Shown: one piece after another, positions 1 through 9,351 of the stretch
Layout of the letters: every line of letters starts with the position of its first letter
Numbering within the stretch: position 1 is the stretch's first letter
Source: an uncultured virus (IMG/VR IMGVR_UViG_3300016478_000199)
Taxonomy: Duplodnaviria; Heunggongvirae; Uroviricota; Caudoviricetes
DNA: 64,000 bases
Direction: 5' to 3' (one strand)
Virus record (IMG/VR): IMGVR_UViG_3300016478_000199
Notes under the pieces: model-generated
What the model saw: the letters and a program-made list of their open reading frames with translations, nothing else
What the model was told of the DNA's origin: nothing
Databases searched by the model: none
Made by a program: the position numbers and the translations under genes

Positions 1-1
1 C

Positions 2-85
2 CTCGCCGGGCGCATGCCGCGCAAGCTCTACATGGCCGAACCTTCCTCGCCGACCGAGGGCTTGCTGACAGCGCACGCCGCGTGA
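2..85 (+). CDS. thiG: 3' end of host thiazole synthase (partial)
   Basis: Frame from nt 2 reads LAGRMPRKLYMAEPSSPTEGLLTAHAA*, matching the ThiG C-terminal pattern AGRMP(R/K)KLY..xSSP..G. Confidence 0.75.
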   Translation, partial: LAGRMPRKLYMAEPSSPTEGLLTAHAA

Positions 86-131
86 GGGTTTGCGGCCGGA
101 CCGTACCGGCGTTGGCGGGAAGAAGACGATC

Positions 132-265
132 ATGAGCAGCAAGATGAGCGGGACGATGTGGCAGCAGTTCTTCCAGCGCTCGACGTCGGCCGGTCTGAGC
201 CTGCAGGGGCAGATCCGCCAGATGCTGGTCAGCGCCATCCTCGATGGCCAGCTGCCGCTCGATGC
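132..265 (+). pseudogene. Truncated host GntR/MocR-family regulator (N-terminus only)
   Basis: SLQGQIRQMLVSAILDGQLPLD is the first helix of a GntR wHTH; the expected LPSxRELA never follows because the sequence switches to phage DNA. Confidence 0.65.
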
Positions 266-431
266 GGCTCTTCTCGGCGTACAGACCGGGCAACCGGCTG
301 AACCGGGTGCTGCCGCGCTTCTCGGCTTCCAGCTCACGCTGGATCGAGCTGTTGATGGTCAGCAGCTCGTCTTGCAGTTTCTCGATACTCACCTTTCTTT
401 CCTTGCCAGGCGGCGCCTGGCGTCACGTTGA

Positions 432-752
432 TCAGGGATAAGTCCAGGGGAACCGACCGACGATGGTGGTGCCGTTTGCCAGCAGGTACTCCATCTCGCG
501 GTCGCGCTTCTCGATGAAGCCGGTGCGTGTTGCCGCCATGAGCCGGCCGGGCGCCAGCTCGATCAGCAGAGGTGTTTCTACCGGCGGCAGGTGGTCTACT
601 GGGTTCAGGTGGATCTCGGTCGCGCCAAGGGCTGCGTCGATCTCCTGAATAGCCTTAAACTTGGCTTCTGCAGCGCGCTGGCTTGTTGGCTTCCAGTTGG
701 TCAACAGGCCGCGCACATTAGCCAGGGCCTTGATGGGGTTGCTCTCGCTCAA
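432..752 (-). CDS. Phage hypothetical protein
   Basis: 106-aa ORF with AGGAAAGG RBS, in a tight minus-strand operon. Confidence 0.7.
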   Translation of the reverse strand: MSESNPIKALANVRGLLTNWKPTSQRAAEAKFKAIQEIDAALGATEIHLNPVDHLPPVETPLLIELAPGRLMAATRTGFIEKRDREMEYLLANGTTIVGRFPWTYP

Positions 753-770
753 TTTCCTTTCCTCAGCGGG

Positions 771-980
771 TCATTCCGCGCACTTGTCGATGACGTGCAC
801 ATAGGTTTTCAGGTTACCGCCGACGCCGTGCACGAAGAACTTGTCGGGGCAGTTGTGCTGCATTGGGGGCAGTTTTACCGGGCCTGCGATTATCGGTGCA
901 AACACTGCCCAGGTCAGCCACAGCAGGCAAAAAAACACGGTGAATCCGGCGACCTGGCTGGAGAAGGTCGGTGCGCTCAT
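771..980 (-). CDS. Small membrane-anchored hypothetical protein
   Basis: MSAPTFSS...; hydrophobic segment VAGFTVFFCLLWLTWAVFAPII; ATGA overlap with upstream ORF. Confidence 0.55.
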   Translation of the reverse strand: MSAPTFSSQVAGFTVFFCLLWLTWAVFAPIIAGPVKLPPMQHNCPDKFFVHGVGGNLKTYVHVIDKCAE

Positions 981-1168
981 GCCTGCACCTGGCTGTAGTG
1001 CTTTCCGGCGCAGGTCATGGCGACGACGCGGCCGCACGCCGAGCTGTAGAATGTGGTGGCCAAAGGCTTGTTGTATTTTGCGCGCAGATTTCCGCTGGTG
1101 ATCAGTGGCAGCAGCTTCTTGTCGAGCTGTTCGCTGGTGATCTGGCTGAGGTAGGTTTTCTGTTTCAT
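977..1168 (-). CDS. Phage hypothetical protein
   Basis: 63 aa, AAGGGG RBS, downstream of the promoter at 1216-1245. Confidence 0.55.
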   Translation of the reverse strand: MKQKTYLSQITSEQLDKKLLPLITSGNLRAKYNKPLATTFYSSACGRVVAMTCAGKHYSQVQA

Positions 1169-1215
1169 GTCTTTTCCCCTTGTTTTACTTCGGCTTTACC
1201 TGCCGCTATGGGGCT

Positions 1216-1245
1216 ATTGTGCTTGAATTGCTCAAATCTGAGCAA
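1216..1245 (-). promoter_or_regulatory. Sigma70-like early promoter with palindromic operator
   Basis: TTGCTC-N18-CACAAT; perfect palindrome TTGCTCA-AATC-TGAGCAA at 1228-1245. Confidence 0.65.
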
Positions 1246-1302
1246 CAGCAAACACTACCGTTTGTCGGAAAATGAAAAACCCGGCACTGGGCCGGGTTGG
1301 GG

Positions 1303-1527
1303 TTATTGCTTGCTTTCAAGCGAGATCCGCACGATGCCAAACAGTAGATCGAGAATAACGGATCTTCCGCCGATGCTGATGCCCAGCTTGTAGTTCCATC
1401 CGCCACCAAAGCGGGCGCCTCCTGGGTTCAGCGGCGCGGTTTTTCCGTTGCCGTTCTTGTGAGGGAACCAGCCATATCCCTGCCATGGCCAGCGCGTCGC
1501 GGTGATCTTCAGTCTTCCGATTTGCAT
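1303..1527 (-). CDS. Phage hypothetical protein
   Basis: MQIGRLKITATRWPW..., GGAGAAAGG RBS; followed by a hairpin+T tract at ~1275-1298. Confidence 0.6.
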   Translation of the reverse strand: MQIGRLKITATRWPWQGYGWFPHKNGNGKTAPLNPGGARFGGGWNYKLGISIGGRSVILDLLFGIVRISLESKQ

Positions 1528-1642
1528 TTCCTTTCTCCAGGCTTTCCGGCCGGTCTTGTTGATTAGCGTGTCAAGTACAGGTAGGCGACCAGCGCGATCA
1601 GTGCCGCGCCGCTCCAAGCCAGGTCAGTGCAGGTCTGGCGGG

Positions 1643-1855
1643 TCATGCCTTCGGCTCCACGGTCAGCATCCAGTTTCCACCCGGTTGCTTCTCCAGGCGG
1701 ACAGCGTGACCAGCTTTGCCGGCCATGTAAGCGCGGGAGAATGCGTCAGCCGGGCGTTTGTGCTCGGTGGTGACCGGCGAAGAGATGCCAGACAGCACCT
1801 GCAGGTGCGCCTGCGTTGATGGCGTTTCGCGGATCTCGATTTTTTCACTTGTCAC
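1643..1855 (-). CDS. Phage hypothetical protein
   Basis: 70 aa, AGGAG RBS. Confidence 0.55.
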   Translation of the reverse strand: MTSEKIEIRETPSTQAHLQVLSGISSPVTTEHKRPADAFSRAYMAGKAGHAVRLEKQPGGNWMLTVEPKA

Positions 1856-1866
1856 GGCCTATCTCC

Positions 1867-2184
1867 TTAGAACGGCACAGCGTCATTCAGCGTACAGGGG
1901 TTATCGTCGTACAGGCCGGTTCCACTGCACGCCCAGCAATCGGGCGCCCGGCACTGACGCTTGGCTGGCGCTATCACTGCACGCTCAACCATGACCCAGC
2001 GCCCGACGATGACCTTGTTGCCCTTAATGGTGATCTGGCTCTGGTCGCTGAAGCGGTACTGCGAGAAGGTCAAGCGGCCCTTGCTGTCCCTTTCCTCCTG
2101 CATGCCGGCGCACTGACTGCGCCCGGCGTTGCGGATTTGGCCCAGGGTGTGAGCGGTGGCCAGGATGGTGGTGGCGATGGTCAT
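1867..2184 (-). CDS. Hypothetical protein with C-terminal Cys cluster
   Basis: CWACSGTG DnaJ-like zinc half-site near the C-terminus. Confidence 0.6.
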   Translation of the reverse strand: MTIATTILATAHTLGQIRNAGRSQCAGMQEERDSKGRLTFSQYRFSDQSQITIKGNKVIVGRWVMVERAVIAPAKRQCRAPDCWACSGTGLYDDNPCTLNDAVPF

Positions 2185-2194
2185 GGTGGTGGTC

Positions 2195-2728
2195 TCAGAA
2201 GTTGTAGTCGTAGAACTTTCGCGGTGCAGCCTCGCGGCGGAATTTGCTTCCGCAGTAGTAGAAGCAGCCGTCTTTGCGCTTGTGCAGGCGGATTACTGGC
2301 TCAGCCTCGTTGCTGGTGATATTCCAGCGCTGGCTGTGCTGGTTCGAGCAGTGGGCAGCGAATCCGCCAGCGTGCATCTCGGGCTTCCAGTTCGGATCCA
2401 GCTCGGCATTCATCCGGCGAACTTCTATGATCTTTTCGGATACCTCGCGCACCACCTCGAACGGCTCGATGTCGCTGTAGCCGATGCGGTTTGCGTAGTT
2501 CAGCGCAGGAACCTCAACAGCAGCAAAGGCGACGCCAGTTGCCGGCTTGCCGTTGGCGCCCTTGCACTCGGCCTGGGCACGCGCAGCTGCCGCTTCAGCC
2601 TCGTCTTTGGTGGCGAAGGTCATAGCCTGGCTGATAGCGCCAATGCAGGCGGTGCCGTACTGCTCGTCCCAGGCGTGCAGATAGTCCTTGCCGCTTTTGC
2701 CGTAGGTGCGCTGGATTGCGTAGGTCAT
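2195..2728 (-). CDS. Phage hypothetical protein
   Basis: MTYAIQRTYG... 177 aa, GAGGG RBS, first gene after the promoter at 2782-2811. Confidence 0.7.
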   Translation of the reverse strand: MTYAIQRTYGKSGKDYLHAWDEQYGTACIGAISQAMTFATKDEAEAAAARAQAECKGANGKPATGVAFAAVEVPALNYANRIGYSDIEPFEVVREVSEKIIEVRRMNAELDPNWKPEMHAGGFAAHCSNQHSQRWNITSNEAEPVIRLHKRKDGCFYYCGSKFRREAAPRKFYDYNF

Positions 2729-2781
2729 GGTGCATCCCTCTCGGTCGGTTGCTGTCGAGCGTTTGTCGCTCTGTTGGGGCA

Positions 2782-2811
2782 ATTCTGCATGAATTGATCA
2801 AATTAGAGCAA
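2782..2811 (-). promoter_or_regulatory. Sigma70-like early promoter with operator
   Basis: TTGCTC-N18-CAGAAT; TTGATCA-AATT-AGAGCAA at 2794-2811. Confidence 0.6.
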
Positions 2812-2853
2812 GCACTTGCGCGACCGCTTGTCGGGTTTTGCTTATTTTCGAGT

Positions 2854-2879
2854 AAAAAGAAGCCCGGCACGTGCCGGGC
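2854..2879 (-). terminator. Intrinsic terminator after primase
   Basis: GCCCGGC-acgt-GCCGGGC hairpin followed by TTCTTTTT on the minus strand. Confidence 0.7.
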
Positions 2880-2885
2880 AATTCT

Positions 2886-5741
2886 TCAAATCGGCAGATC
2901 ATCCTGCCCGTGATCGTCCGCATCATCCAATATCGGCTTCAACGGTACCGCGACGCCACGCATCAGCACGCCGTTGTACTTCTTCGGCGATACCCGGTGC
3001 GCGCCCTTCACTCGCAGCAACTGGCCGCGCAAATCGGTCACAAACGATTCACCTGATACAAGGTTTGCCAGGTTGGTCGACTGGATGCCAAACCACAGCT
3101 CGCCGCCCACCCCCTCGCCGTACTCCACCCGGATGCCGTGACGGATCAGGGCGTCGTCGGCGACGTTATTCTCGATGATGTTGTGCCGATGGGTCGGCGA
3201 GGTCTCACGGATCAGCTCATAGACGGTGAAGTCGCCCAGAGTGCCAACGCGGATCTTGGCGCTCAGAATGGCTTCCAGGGCCTTCATGGCGTCGTCCTGA
3301 TCGTGGTCTTCCGTGTGCTCGCGGAAGTCATAGCTGTTGAACATGGCCACGGCCTGGGCCTCGGTGACCGGCTCGCTGTGCGTCAGCGACCAGCAACCTG
3401 CCATCAGGGTGCCAAACTGATCACCTTCGCGCTGACTGCCGAACTTCAGCGCCCCGACGCGGCGAAACACGGCGATGTTTTCACGGATCACTGGCATCAG
3501 TGCCAGCGCTCTGGCCAGCAGCCGGCTGGCGATGGTTTCGTCGCTGTCGATCTTGTTCAGGTCGGCCTCCAGACTGGCCCAGTGCGCCTCGCTGGCAGCT
3601 GGGTTCTTCTTGTCCGGGGTCTTGATGTTGAGCATGGTCAGGCGGTCGATGTCGGCCTTTGTCGGCATGTTGGCGTTGATGGACGCCAAACAAAACATAG
3701 ACCGAATCTGAAACGACATGCTTTCGCCGGTGGCGGTACCCTTCAGGGTCTCGGCCCAGCTCTCGGACGAAGTCTTCCGCACCAGGCCGATGATGTTCTC
3801 GGTGCGCTTCTTGTCGGCGTCGTTGTTGCTCTCGATCTCGTCAATCAGCACCGGCAGGGCGTCTGCGCGCAGCTTCTGGCGAATGCCGGCCTCGGTACTG
3901 TCGCCCTGGGCATAGACCCCGATACCGCGCAGCAGCGCGGAAATGAACTTAGCCTGCACCGTAGACTTGCCGCTACCTGCAGCGCCGAGCAGCCAGATAT
4001 GCGGGCGCCATGGCAGCGCGCCGCATATAGGGGCGAGCATGACCCAGCCGGCCATCAGGGCAGCCGATGCCATCATCGACCAGCGAACCTTGCCGGCCAC
4101 GCTCAGCAGCCAGGTGCCCTCTTCGTCGGTCATGGCCGTGGCGGGTTCCGGCATCGAGCGGCCGAGCGGGTAGACATAGCCCGATCTGATGTCGGTAATC
4201 CGCATGTGCTGGCCGTCGACGGTCAGGTGTGACCCGTGGTGGTAGACCAGGCGGTTTTTGTCAATCCATGCTCCGCGCCCACGAATGCGCGTCGGGTCGT
4301 AGATGCCGCGCGCATGGGCGATGCTGAAAATCCAGTTGGCCACCATCTTCTTGTTGATGCCGCCGCGCCCGTCTGGAAAGTTGGATTCCCAGAAAAAAGG
4401 CTCCTGCAGCTCGATCAGACCCACGTCGCTCAGGTCGCGCTTGGTGATGGACATCACCTGCTGCTTGTTATGCGAGAACAGGAAATAGTCGCCGCCGTCA
4501 TAGCCCAGGATGGTGAAGCCGGACTGCTTGACCAGCTCGTCGTCGTCATGGCTGCCAGCCTCGGGCATGGTGGCCGGCAGCTGGTCTGGCGTGTCGTCAG
4601 GCTCTGGCTCGTAGTCTGGCATGCCATCCCAGGGCATGGTCTCGTCTTGCTCGACCTCGGCACAGGGCGAGGTCTGGTGCTTGGCCAGGAAGTCGGCCAT
4701 CAGCATGGCTTGGCTCTTGGTATGAGCCAGCAGGTTGAAGCCTTCTGGCAACTCGTCTGCCAAGTCCCACCCGTCAGCGACGCCTGCAGGAGGGCAGATC
4801 ATCTTGATCGCCTTGGCCACGCCTTCCAGGCGCTGGGCGATGTCGACCATGCAGGCCATGCCTGGCTGCTCAAGCAACGGCATGAGCACGCCAGCCTGAG
4901 GGTGTTGCTCGGGGTACGGCTTCTGGTCGGCGTCAGGCCATAAGCCCACGTTGCGGCCCTCCAGCGGCGACCAGTCGGTGAAGCGCACAGCTTTGCCGCC
5001 ACCTGCCCAGGAGACCACTACCAGCTTGTCGCGCGGAATGCCGGCAGCCTCATACAGGGCTTGGGCGGCATCGCAGGCCTTCTCGCCTTCTACGATGATC
5101 ACCTGGGCAAGCGGGTGCTTGGCCAACTTGTCGAGGCCGTACAGCGGACGCGGCTTGCTGAACGAGATCCAGCGCCAGCGCATCTCGCCGGTCTTCTGGT
5201 TGACGCAAAAGCTCTGTGGAATGACATCCTTGCCACCGCCAGGCAGCTCAAAACGGCAGATGTAGCCGATCAGGTCACCGTTGGCGTCGTGGTATGCCCA
5301 GCGCTTGCTGCAGGTCAGCTTCTCGAAGCTGTCACCACTGCGCCGGTTGAAAATATCCATAGGGCGCAGGGTGTTGTCCTTGGGAACCGGAACCACCGGA
5401 ACCCACTCGGCGGCCTCTTCCTGCTTCAGGCTCTTTCGCTGAACAGGCGCTGAACTACCAGCGCTGTCGATGTTCCCGGCAATCCGCTCGACGGCTTCGC
5501 GGAAGCTGACATTCTCATAGGCGCTGACAAAGTCGATGGGGTCGCCACCGGCGCCGCAGCCGAAGCAATAGTAGGCATTGCGCTTGGTGATAACGCTGAA
5601 CGACGGGGTCTTTTCTTTATGGAACGGGCAGATGCCCTTGTATTCGTCCCCGATCTTTTCCAGCTTGATGTACTTGCCGATCAGTTCGGCAATGTCAGTG
5701 TTTTTCGCAGCAGCAATAACGCTTTCACTGATTAGACTCAT
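2886..5741 (-). CDS. Primase-helicase fusion (CHC2 zinc finger + TOPRIM + P-loop ATPase)
   Basis: CPFHKEKTPSF/YYCFGCG DnaG zinc domain; IVEGEKA and WPDAD TOPRIM motifs; GAAGSGKST Walker A, LIDEIE Walker B. Confidence 0.9.
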   Translation of the reverse strand: MSLISESVIAAAKNTDIAELIGKYIKLEKIGDEYKGICPFHKEKTPSFSVITKRNAYYCFGCGAGGDPIDFVSAYENVSFREAVERIAGNIDSAGSSAPVQRKSLKQEEAAEWVPVVPVPKDNTLRPMDIFNRRSGDSFEKLTCSKRWAYHDANGDLIGYICRFELPGGGKDVIPQSFCVNQKTGEMRWRWISFSKPRPLYGLDKLAKHPLAQVIIVEGEKACDAAQALYEAAGIPRDKLVVVSWAGGGKAVRFTDWSPLEGRNVGLWPDADQKPYPEQHPQAGVLMPLLEQPGMACMVDIAQRLEGVAKAIKMICPPAGVADGWDLADELPEGFNLLAHTKSQAMLMADFLAKHQTSPCAEVEQDETMPWDGMPDYEPEPDDTPDQLPATMPEAGSHDDDELVKQSGFTILGYDGGDYFLFSHNKQQVMSITKRDLSDVGLIELQEPFFWESNFPDGRGGINKKMVANWIFSIAHARGIYDPTRIRGRGAWIDKNRLVYHHGSHLTVDGQHMRITDIRSGYVYPLGRSMPEPATAMTDEEGTWLLSVAGKVRWSMMASAALMAGWVMLAPICGALPWRPHIWLLGAAGSGKSTVQAKFISALLRGIGVYAQGDSTEAGIRQKLRADALPVLIDEIESNNDADKKRTENIIGLVRKTSSESWAETLKGTATGESMSFQIRSMFCLASINANMPTKADIDRLTMLNIKTPDKKNPAASEAHWASLEADLNKIDSDETIASRLLARALALMPVIRENIAVFRRVGALKFGSQREGDQFGTLMAGCWSLTHSEPVTEAQAVAMFNSYDFREHTEDHDQDDAMKALEAILSAKIRVGTLGDFTVYELIRETSPTHRHNIIENNVADDALIRHGIRVEYGEGVGGELWFGIQSTNLANLVSGESFVTDLRGQLLRVKGAHRVSPKKYNGVLMRGVAVPLKPILDDADDHGQDDLPI

Positions 5742-5953
5742 ATCCTTTCTGCCCCAGGATAGCTCTGCTAAAAAAAATGGGCAGGCGTCAGCAGAAACGC
5801 TCTTCGGCCCCGGTAGCTAGCCGGTTCCTAGCCCAAAACACAGTGGCTTATCACGCGACCGAGTCGCATGCTTAAAGCCGTGATTTGTAATGATTTTGCC
5901 GGAATAAAGCCGGGCGCTCGGCCCGGCCAATTCACTGCAGCGCGGCAATCGTA

Positions 5954-6400
5954 CTACAAATTTGCACCATTGCGGCTAGCCCATCCAGAAATTATTGCCT
6001 GGGCCTGCTCGGGCGAGCTGGCGATGCCGGCAATCCCGCCGGCAGCATCCACCTGCGTGCACCAGTTGGTCTGGTCTTCGCTGGTTTTGCCACCCTTGCT
6101 GCGCTTGGTCTCAATCGACGTAAAGACTGCGATGCGCTTTCCTACCATGGCAGGCGTCACCTCGACTGTCGTCCAACCAGGGAGGTCGCAGGCGCCGACC
6201 ACCGGATCGCCGTTGGGGTAGGACAGCCCGATGGAGATTGAGCGGGCAGCGTGGATCAGGACAGAACCGTCCTGCATGCGCTGCACCCCTTTCGGCCCCA
6301 GGTTAGACAGCCAGGCCCGCCCGGTATTGAGCCGGAAGAGCCGAGACACCTTGCCCAGGGCCAACCAGATTTGCCGCTGGACGACGCCTTCATTGGCCAT
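5954..6400 (-). CDS. VRR-NUC family nuclease
   Basis: NEGVVQRQI start, LFRLNTG, DL, IETKRSKGG..SEDQxxW..GG.AG motifs. Confidence 0.8.
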   Translation of the reverse strand: MANEGVVQRQIWLALGKVSRLFRLNTGRAWLSNLGPKGVQRMQDGSVLIHAARSISIGLSYPNGDPVVGACDLPGWTTVEVTPAMVGKRIAVFTSIETKRSKGGKTSEDQTNWCTQVDAAGGIAGIASSPEQAQAIISGWASRNGANL

Positions 6401-6740
6401 TGCGGCGCGCCTCGTGTTGACGACGATGCCAGATGATCATGCCAGCAATGTAGTTGATAGCCCCCAGCAGTTCGCGCTCCAGGCGGTCAAGTTCAGCAAA
6501 CTGGCGCCCCTCACGCACCTTCTTGATCACTTGGAACGCCAGGCCTGCGTCACTGCCCAGCATGTCGCTGCCGGTCTGCATGGGCTGCTCGTGGAAGGGC
6601 AGGTTATTCGCATGGCGCTCTGCGCCTTTGCCTAGCGCTGCTTGGTCATGCGCAGAGCGCAAGACTTCAGCCAGTTGCTCATAGCCCGGGTGTGCTGGCC
6701 AGGCTGGATTAAAGCCTTGGCCGTCGGTATTCGCGGTCAT
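6390..6740 (-). CDS. Phage hypothetical protein
   Basis: AHDQAALGKGAERHAN..PFHEQPM; overlaps downstream gene. Confidence 0.7.
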   Translation of the reverse strand: MTANTDGQGFNPAWPAHPGYEQLAEVLRSAHDQAALGKGAERHANNLPFHEQPMQTGSDMLGSDAGLAFQVIKKVREGRQFAELDRLERELLGAINYIAGMIIWHRRQHEARRNGQ

Positions 6741-6759
6741 AGTCCTTTCCTTGATCAAA

Positions 6760-7218
6760 TTAGAACGGAATATCGTCGTCGAAGCTATCTTGCGCTGCCG
6801 GCTGCTGGGCAGGCTGGCGCTGCTGCTGAGCGGGCTGCTGGCGCTGCGGAGTCGCTTGGCGCTGCTGACCGCCCTGGCTGGCGTCGTCCTTGTTGCCGAG
6901 CATCTTCATTTCGCTGGCGCGGATCTCGGTGGTGTAGCGCTTCTCGCCGTCCTTTTCCCACTGACGGGTCTCCAGCTTGCCTTGGAAAAAGGCCAGCGAC
7001 CCCTTGCGCAGATACTCGCCGGCGATCTCAGCGACCCTTCCGAACAGCACGACCCGATGCCATTCCGTTTTTTCTTTGCGCTCACCCGTCTGTTTGTCCT
7101 TCCAGCTTTCACTGGTGGCCAGGCTGATATTGCAAACGGCGTCGCCGTTGGGGAGGTACTTAACTTCGGGATCCTGGCCGAGGCGACCGATCAACTGAAC
7201 CTGATTGAGTGACGACAT
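6760..7218 (-). CDS. ssb: Single-stranded DNA-binding protein
   Basis: [16 protein letters not shown]-terminus, TEWHRVV, acidic tail DDDIPF. Confidence 0.97.
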   Translation of the reverse strand: MSSLNQVQLIGRLGQDPEVKYLPNGDAVCNISLATSESWKDKQTGERKEKTEWHRVVLFGRVAEIAGEYLRKGSLAFFQGKLETRQWEKDGEKRYTTEIRASEMKMLGNKDDASQGGQQRQATPQRQQPAQQQRQPAQQPAAQDSFDDDIPF

Positions 7219-7221
7219 GCT

Positions 7222-8886
7222 TTACTGCCCTCCGGGGGCTTGTTGGTTGAAAATGTCCGCACCCATGCCCTGGGTGTAGAAAAACTCGGATGGGAAGGTT
7301 CTTGGCCAGCCCTGCTCTTCGGTGACCTTCTGCAGCTCTTCCAGGCTCATGACCTTCATCTGCTCGACGGTAGGCTCAGGCGGGCGTGCTGGCCGGTACT
7401 TTTCTCGGGCGCGCTGCCTGGCTTCCCAGGTATGCTTCGCCCACGCAGATGAGTATCCGCGCTGGGCAGCAATGCGCTGCAGCTCTTCGAGAGACTTTGC
7501 GCCTTTGACCTCTTTCTGCTTGGTCTTGCGCATGGCCTCGGCCATTTCTTTGGTGATCTCGTGCAGCTCGCCGTCAACCTTCTCGACCTTGCGCGCCTTC
7601 ACCTCTATAGGAGCACCGCAATGCGGGCATGCCGGCGCGGGGCTGAATACGGCAAAGCACTTCTTGCACTGGGTCACCGGAACTGCCGGCTCACTGTCCT
7701 TCTTCTTGCGACTGCCCTTCACGCGGCCTTCCAGCGACCATTCGCGCTCTTCATCGATCAGCCCGTGCGTCAGGCATAGGCCGGCATGGTCGAGCAGAAC
7801 AGCGCGTGGCTTCGGCCCATTGGCCAGGGCGGCAAGCCGGCCTTCCTTGGTGGACAGGTCGTAGCCATCGGCATAGACCGGACGAATAGCGCGCCCTGCC
7901 TGCTGGATATACAGTCCAAGTGATTTTGTCGGGCGTAGGAAGATAGCGCAGCCGATGGTCGGAACGTCCGTGCCCTCCGAGATGATGTCGCACGACACCA
8001 GTCCCATATGAGTCTTGCCCAGGCCGCTGATCAAAGACTTGCGGGTGGCGTCATCCATCGTTCCGTCGATCACCCGGAAGTCGAACCCGGCTGACTGGAA
8101 CTCGGCGGCCACGTGTTTGCAGTGCTCGATTGACACGCAGAACACGACCGCTGGATAGGTCGGGCAGCGGCGCGCGTATTCCCTCACCGCGTCGCCGGTC
8201 ACCGTAGGCTTGTCGACCTGCTCTGCCAGCGCCTGCTTGTCGTAGTCGCCCATCTTGATCTTGATTCCAGACAGATCGATGGGCGTGCGTGGTGCGTACA
8301 CCACGAAGTCGGACAGGTAGCCGTTGTCGATGGACTCACGGACGCTCGGCCCCATGACCATGCTCTGGAATACCCCGCCCTGCCCTTCGCCAAGCCCCTT
8401 GCCGTCTGCGCGCTCTGGCGTTGCGGTAACGCCCAGGATGCGCGGCTTATCCAGCAGTGAGTAAACCTTGCCGAAGGTGTTGGTAGCCAGCAGGTGGTGC
8501 GCCTCGTCAAGAATCACCAAATCGAACATGCGGAAACGCTCAGGTATCTTCTTGAACCGAGCGTTCATTGTCGCAATCGAGGCAACCTGAACTGATTTTG
8601 TGTAGTTCGGCGTGAATTGCGGCGAGATAATCCCGTGATCAACACCGAAATTCCTCAGTGCCGATGAGATTTGACTGATCAGCTCTTGGCGGTGCGCCAG
8701 GATCAGCACTCGCCGCCCCTTAGAAGCGGCCGAGGCCACCACATAGCTGAACAGGATTGTTTTCCCGAATGCCGTATGAGCCACCAGCAGCACAGCCGTG
8801 TTGTCACGGAAAGCCACACGTACATCGTCGGCTGCCTGCTGCTGACGCGGGCGAAGCACAGGTATTTTGCTCATGATCTGACTCAA
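7222..8886 (-). CDS. SF2 DEAH-box DNA helicase
   Basis: LRPRQ Q-motif, TAFGKT, DEAHH, TATPER, QQAGRAIR, CxxC zinc cluster. Confidence 0.92.
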   Translation of the reverse strand: MSQIMSKIPVLRPRQQQAADDVRVAFRDNTAVLLVAHTAFGKTILFSYVVASAASKGRRVLILAHRQELISQISSALRNFGVDHGIISPQFTPNYTKSVQVASIATMNARFKKIPERFRMFDLVILDEAHHLLATNTFGKVYSLLDKPRILGVTATPERADGKGLGEGQGGVFQSMVMGPSVRESIDNGYLSDFVVYAPRTPIDLSGIKIKMGDYDKQALAEQVDKPTVTGDAVREYARRCPTYPAVVFCVSIEHCKHVAAEFQSAGFDFRVIDGTMDDATRKSLISGLGKTHMGLVSCDIISEGTDVPTIGCAIFLRPTKSLGLYIQQAGRAIRPVYADGYDLSTKEGRLAALANGPKPRAVLLDHAGLCLTHGLIDEEREWSLEGRVKGSRKKKDSEPAVPVTQCKKCFAVFSPAPACPHCGAPIEVKARKVEKVDGELHEITKEMAEAMRKTKQKEVKGAKSLEELQRIAAQRGYSSAWAKHTWEARQRAREKYRPARPPEPTVEQMKVMSLEELQKVTEEQGWPRTFPSEFFYTQGMGADIFNQQAPGGQ

Positions 8887-8928
8887 AGCAGCGCTTTATC
8901 GATAGGTCGCTGCCCTACTGTGTGATGT

Positions 8929-9171
8929 TCAGGATTTGGCCTGGCTCTTCTCTGCCTTGGCCACGACGGCTTCCATCTGGTCTATCAGCTGGACGGTCTT
9001 GGGCAGATTCGCGCGCCAGCGGTCTGGAGTAGCCCGCGCAACGCCGGAATCGCGGCAGATATGGGTCAGGGTGAGTCCGCAGGCCTTGCCGCGCGCTTCA
9101 AGTGCATCCAGGCGGCTATAGAAAGCCTCGCCGAAAGACCCCGGCTTCGAGGTGGTCTTTTTTTCGCTCAT
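8929..9171 (-). CDS. Small Cro/HTH-like regulator
   Basis: LTLTHICRDSGVARATPDRWR helix-turn-helix pattern; first gene at a divergent junction. Confidence 0.65.
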   Translation of the reverse strand: MSEKKTTSKPGSFGEAFYSRLDALEARGKACGLTLTHICRDSGVARATPDRWRANLPKTVQLIDQMEAVVAKAEKSQAKS

Positions 9172-9291
9172 ACGTACCTCAGAGAGTGGTTGGTGTGCTG
9201 AGATTATCGTATTTGCTTATCACGCGCCAGATTTGCTCAATGAATTTCCGTGAGTCTGAAGTAAACCCAATGAAAAAGCGGGTTGAAGTAG

Positions 9292-9321
9292 TTGCGCGTT
9301 ACTCTTTTTTGCAAGTAGACT
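9292..9321 (+). promoter_or_regulatory. Sigma70-like promoter of the recombination operon
   Basis: TTGCGC-N18-TAGACT upstream of 9352. Confidence 0.55.
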
Positions 9322-9351
9322 CGCCTCATTCACCTACATCGAGGGTCAAAT

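Noticed and set aside
90..431. 113-aa ORF as an intact gene
   Set aside because: Fusion of a host GntR N-terminus with antisense phage sequence
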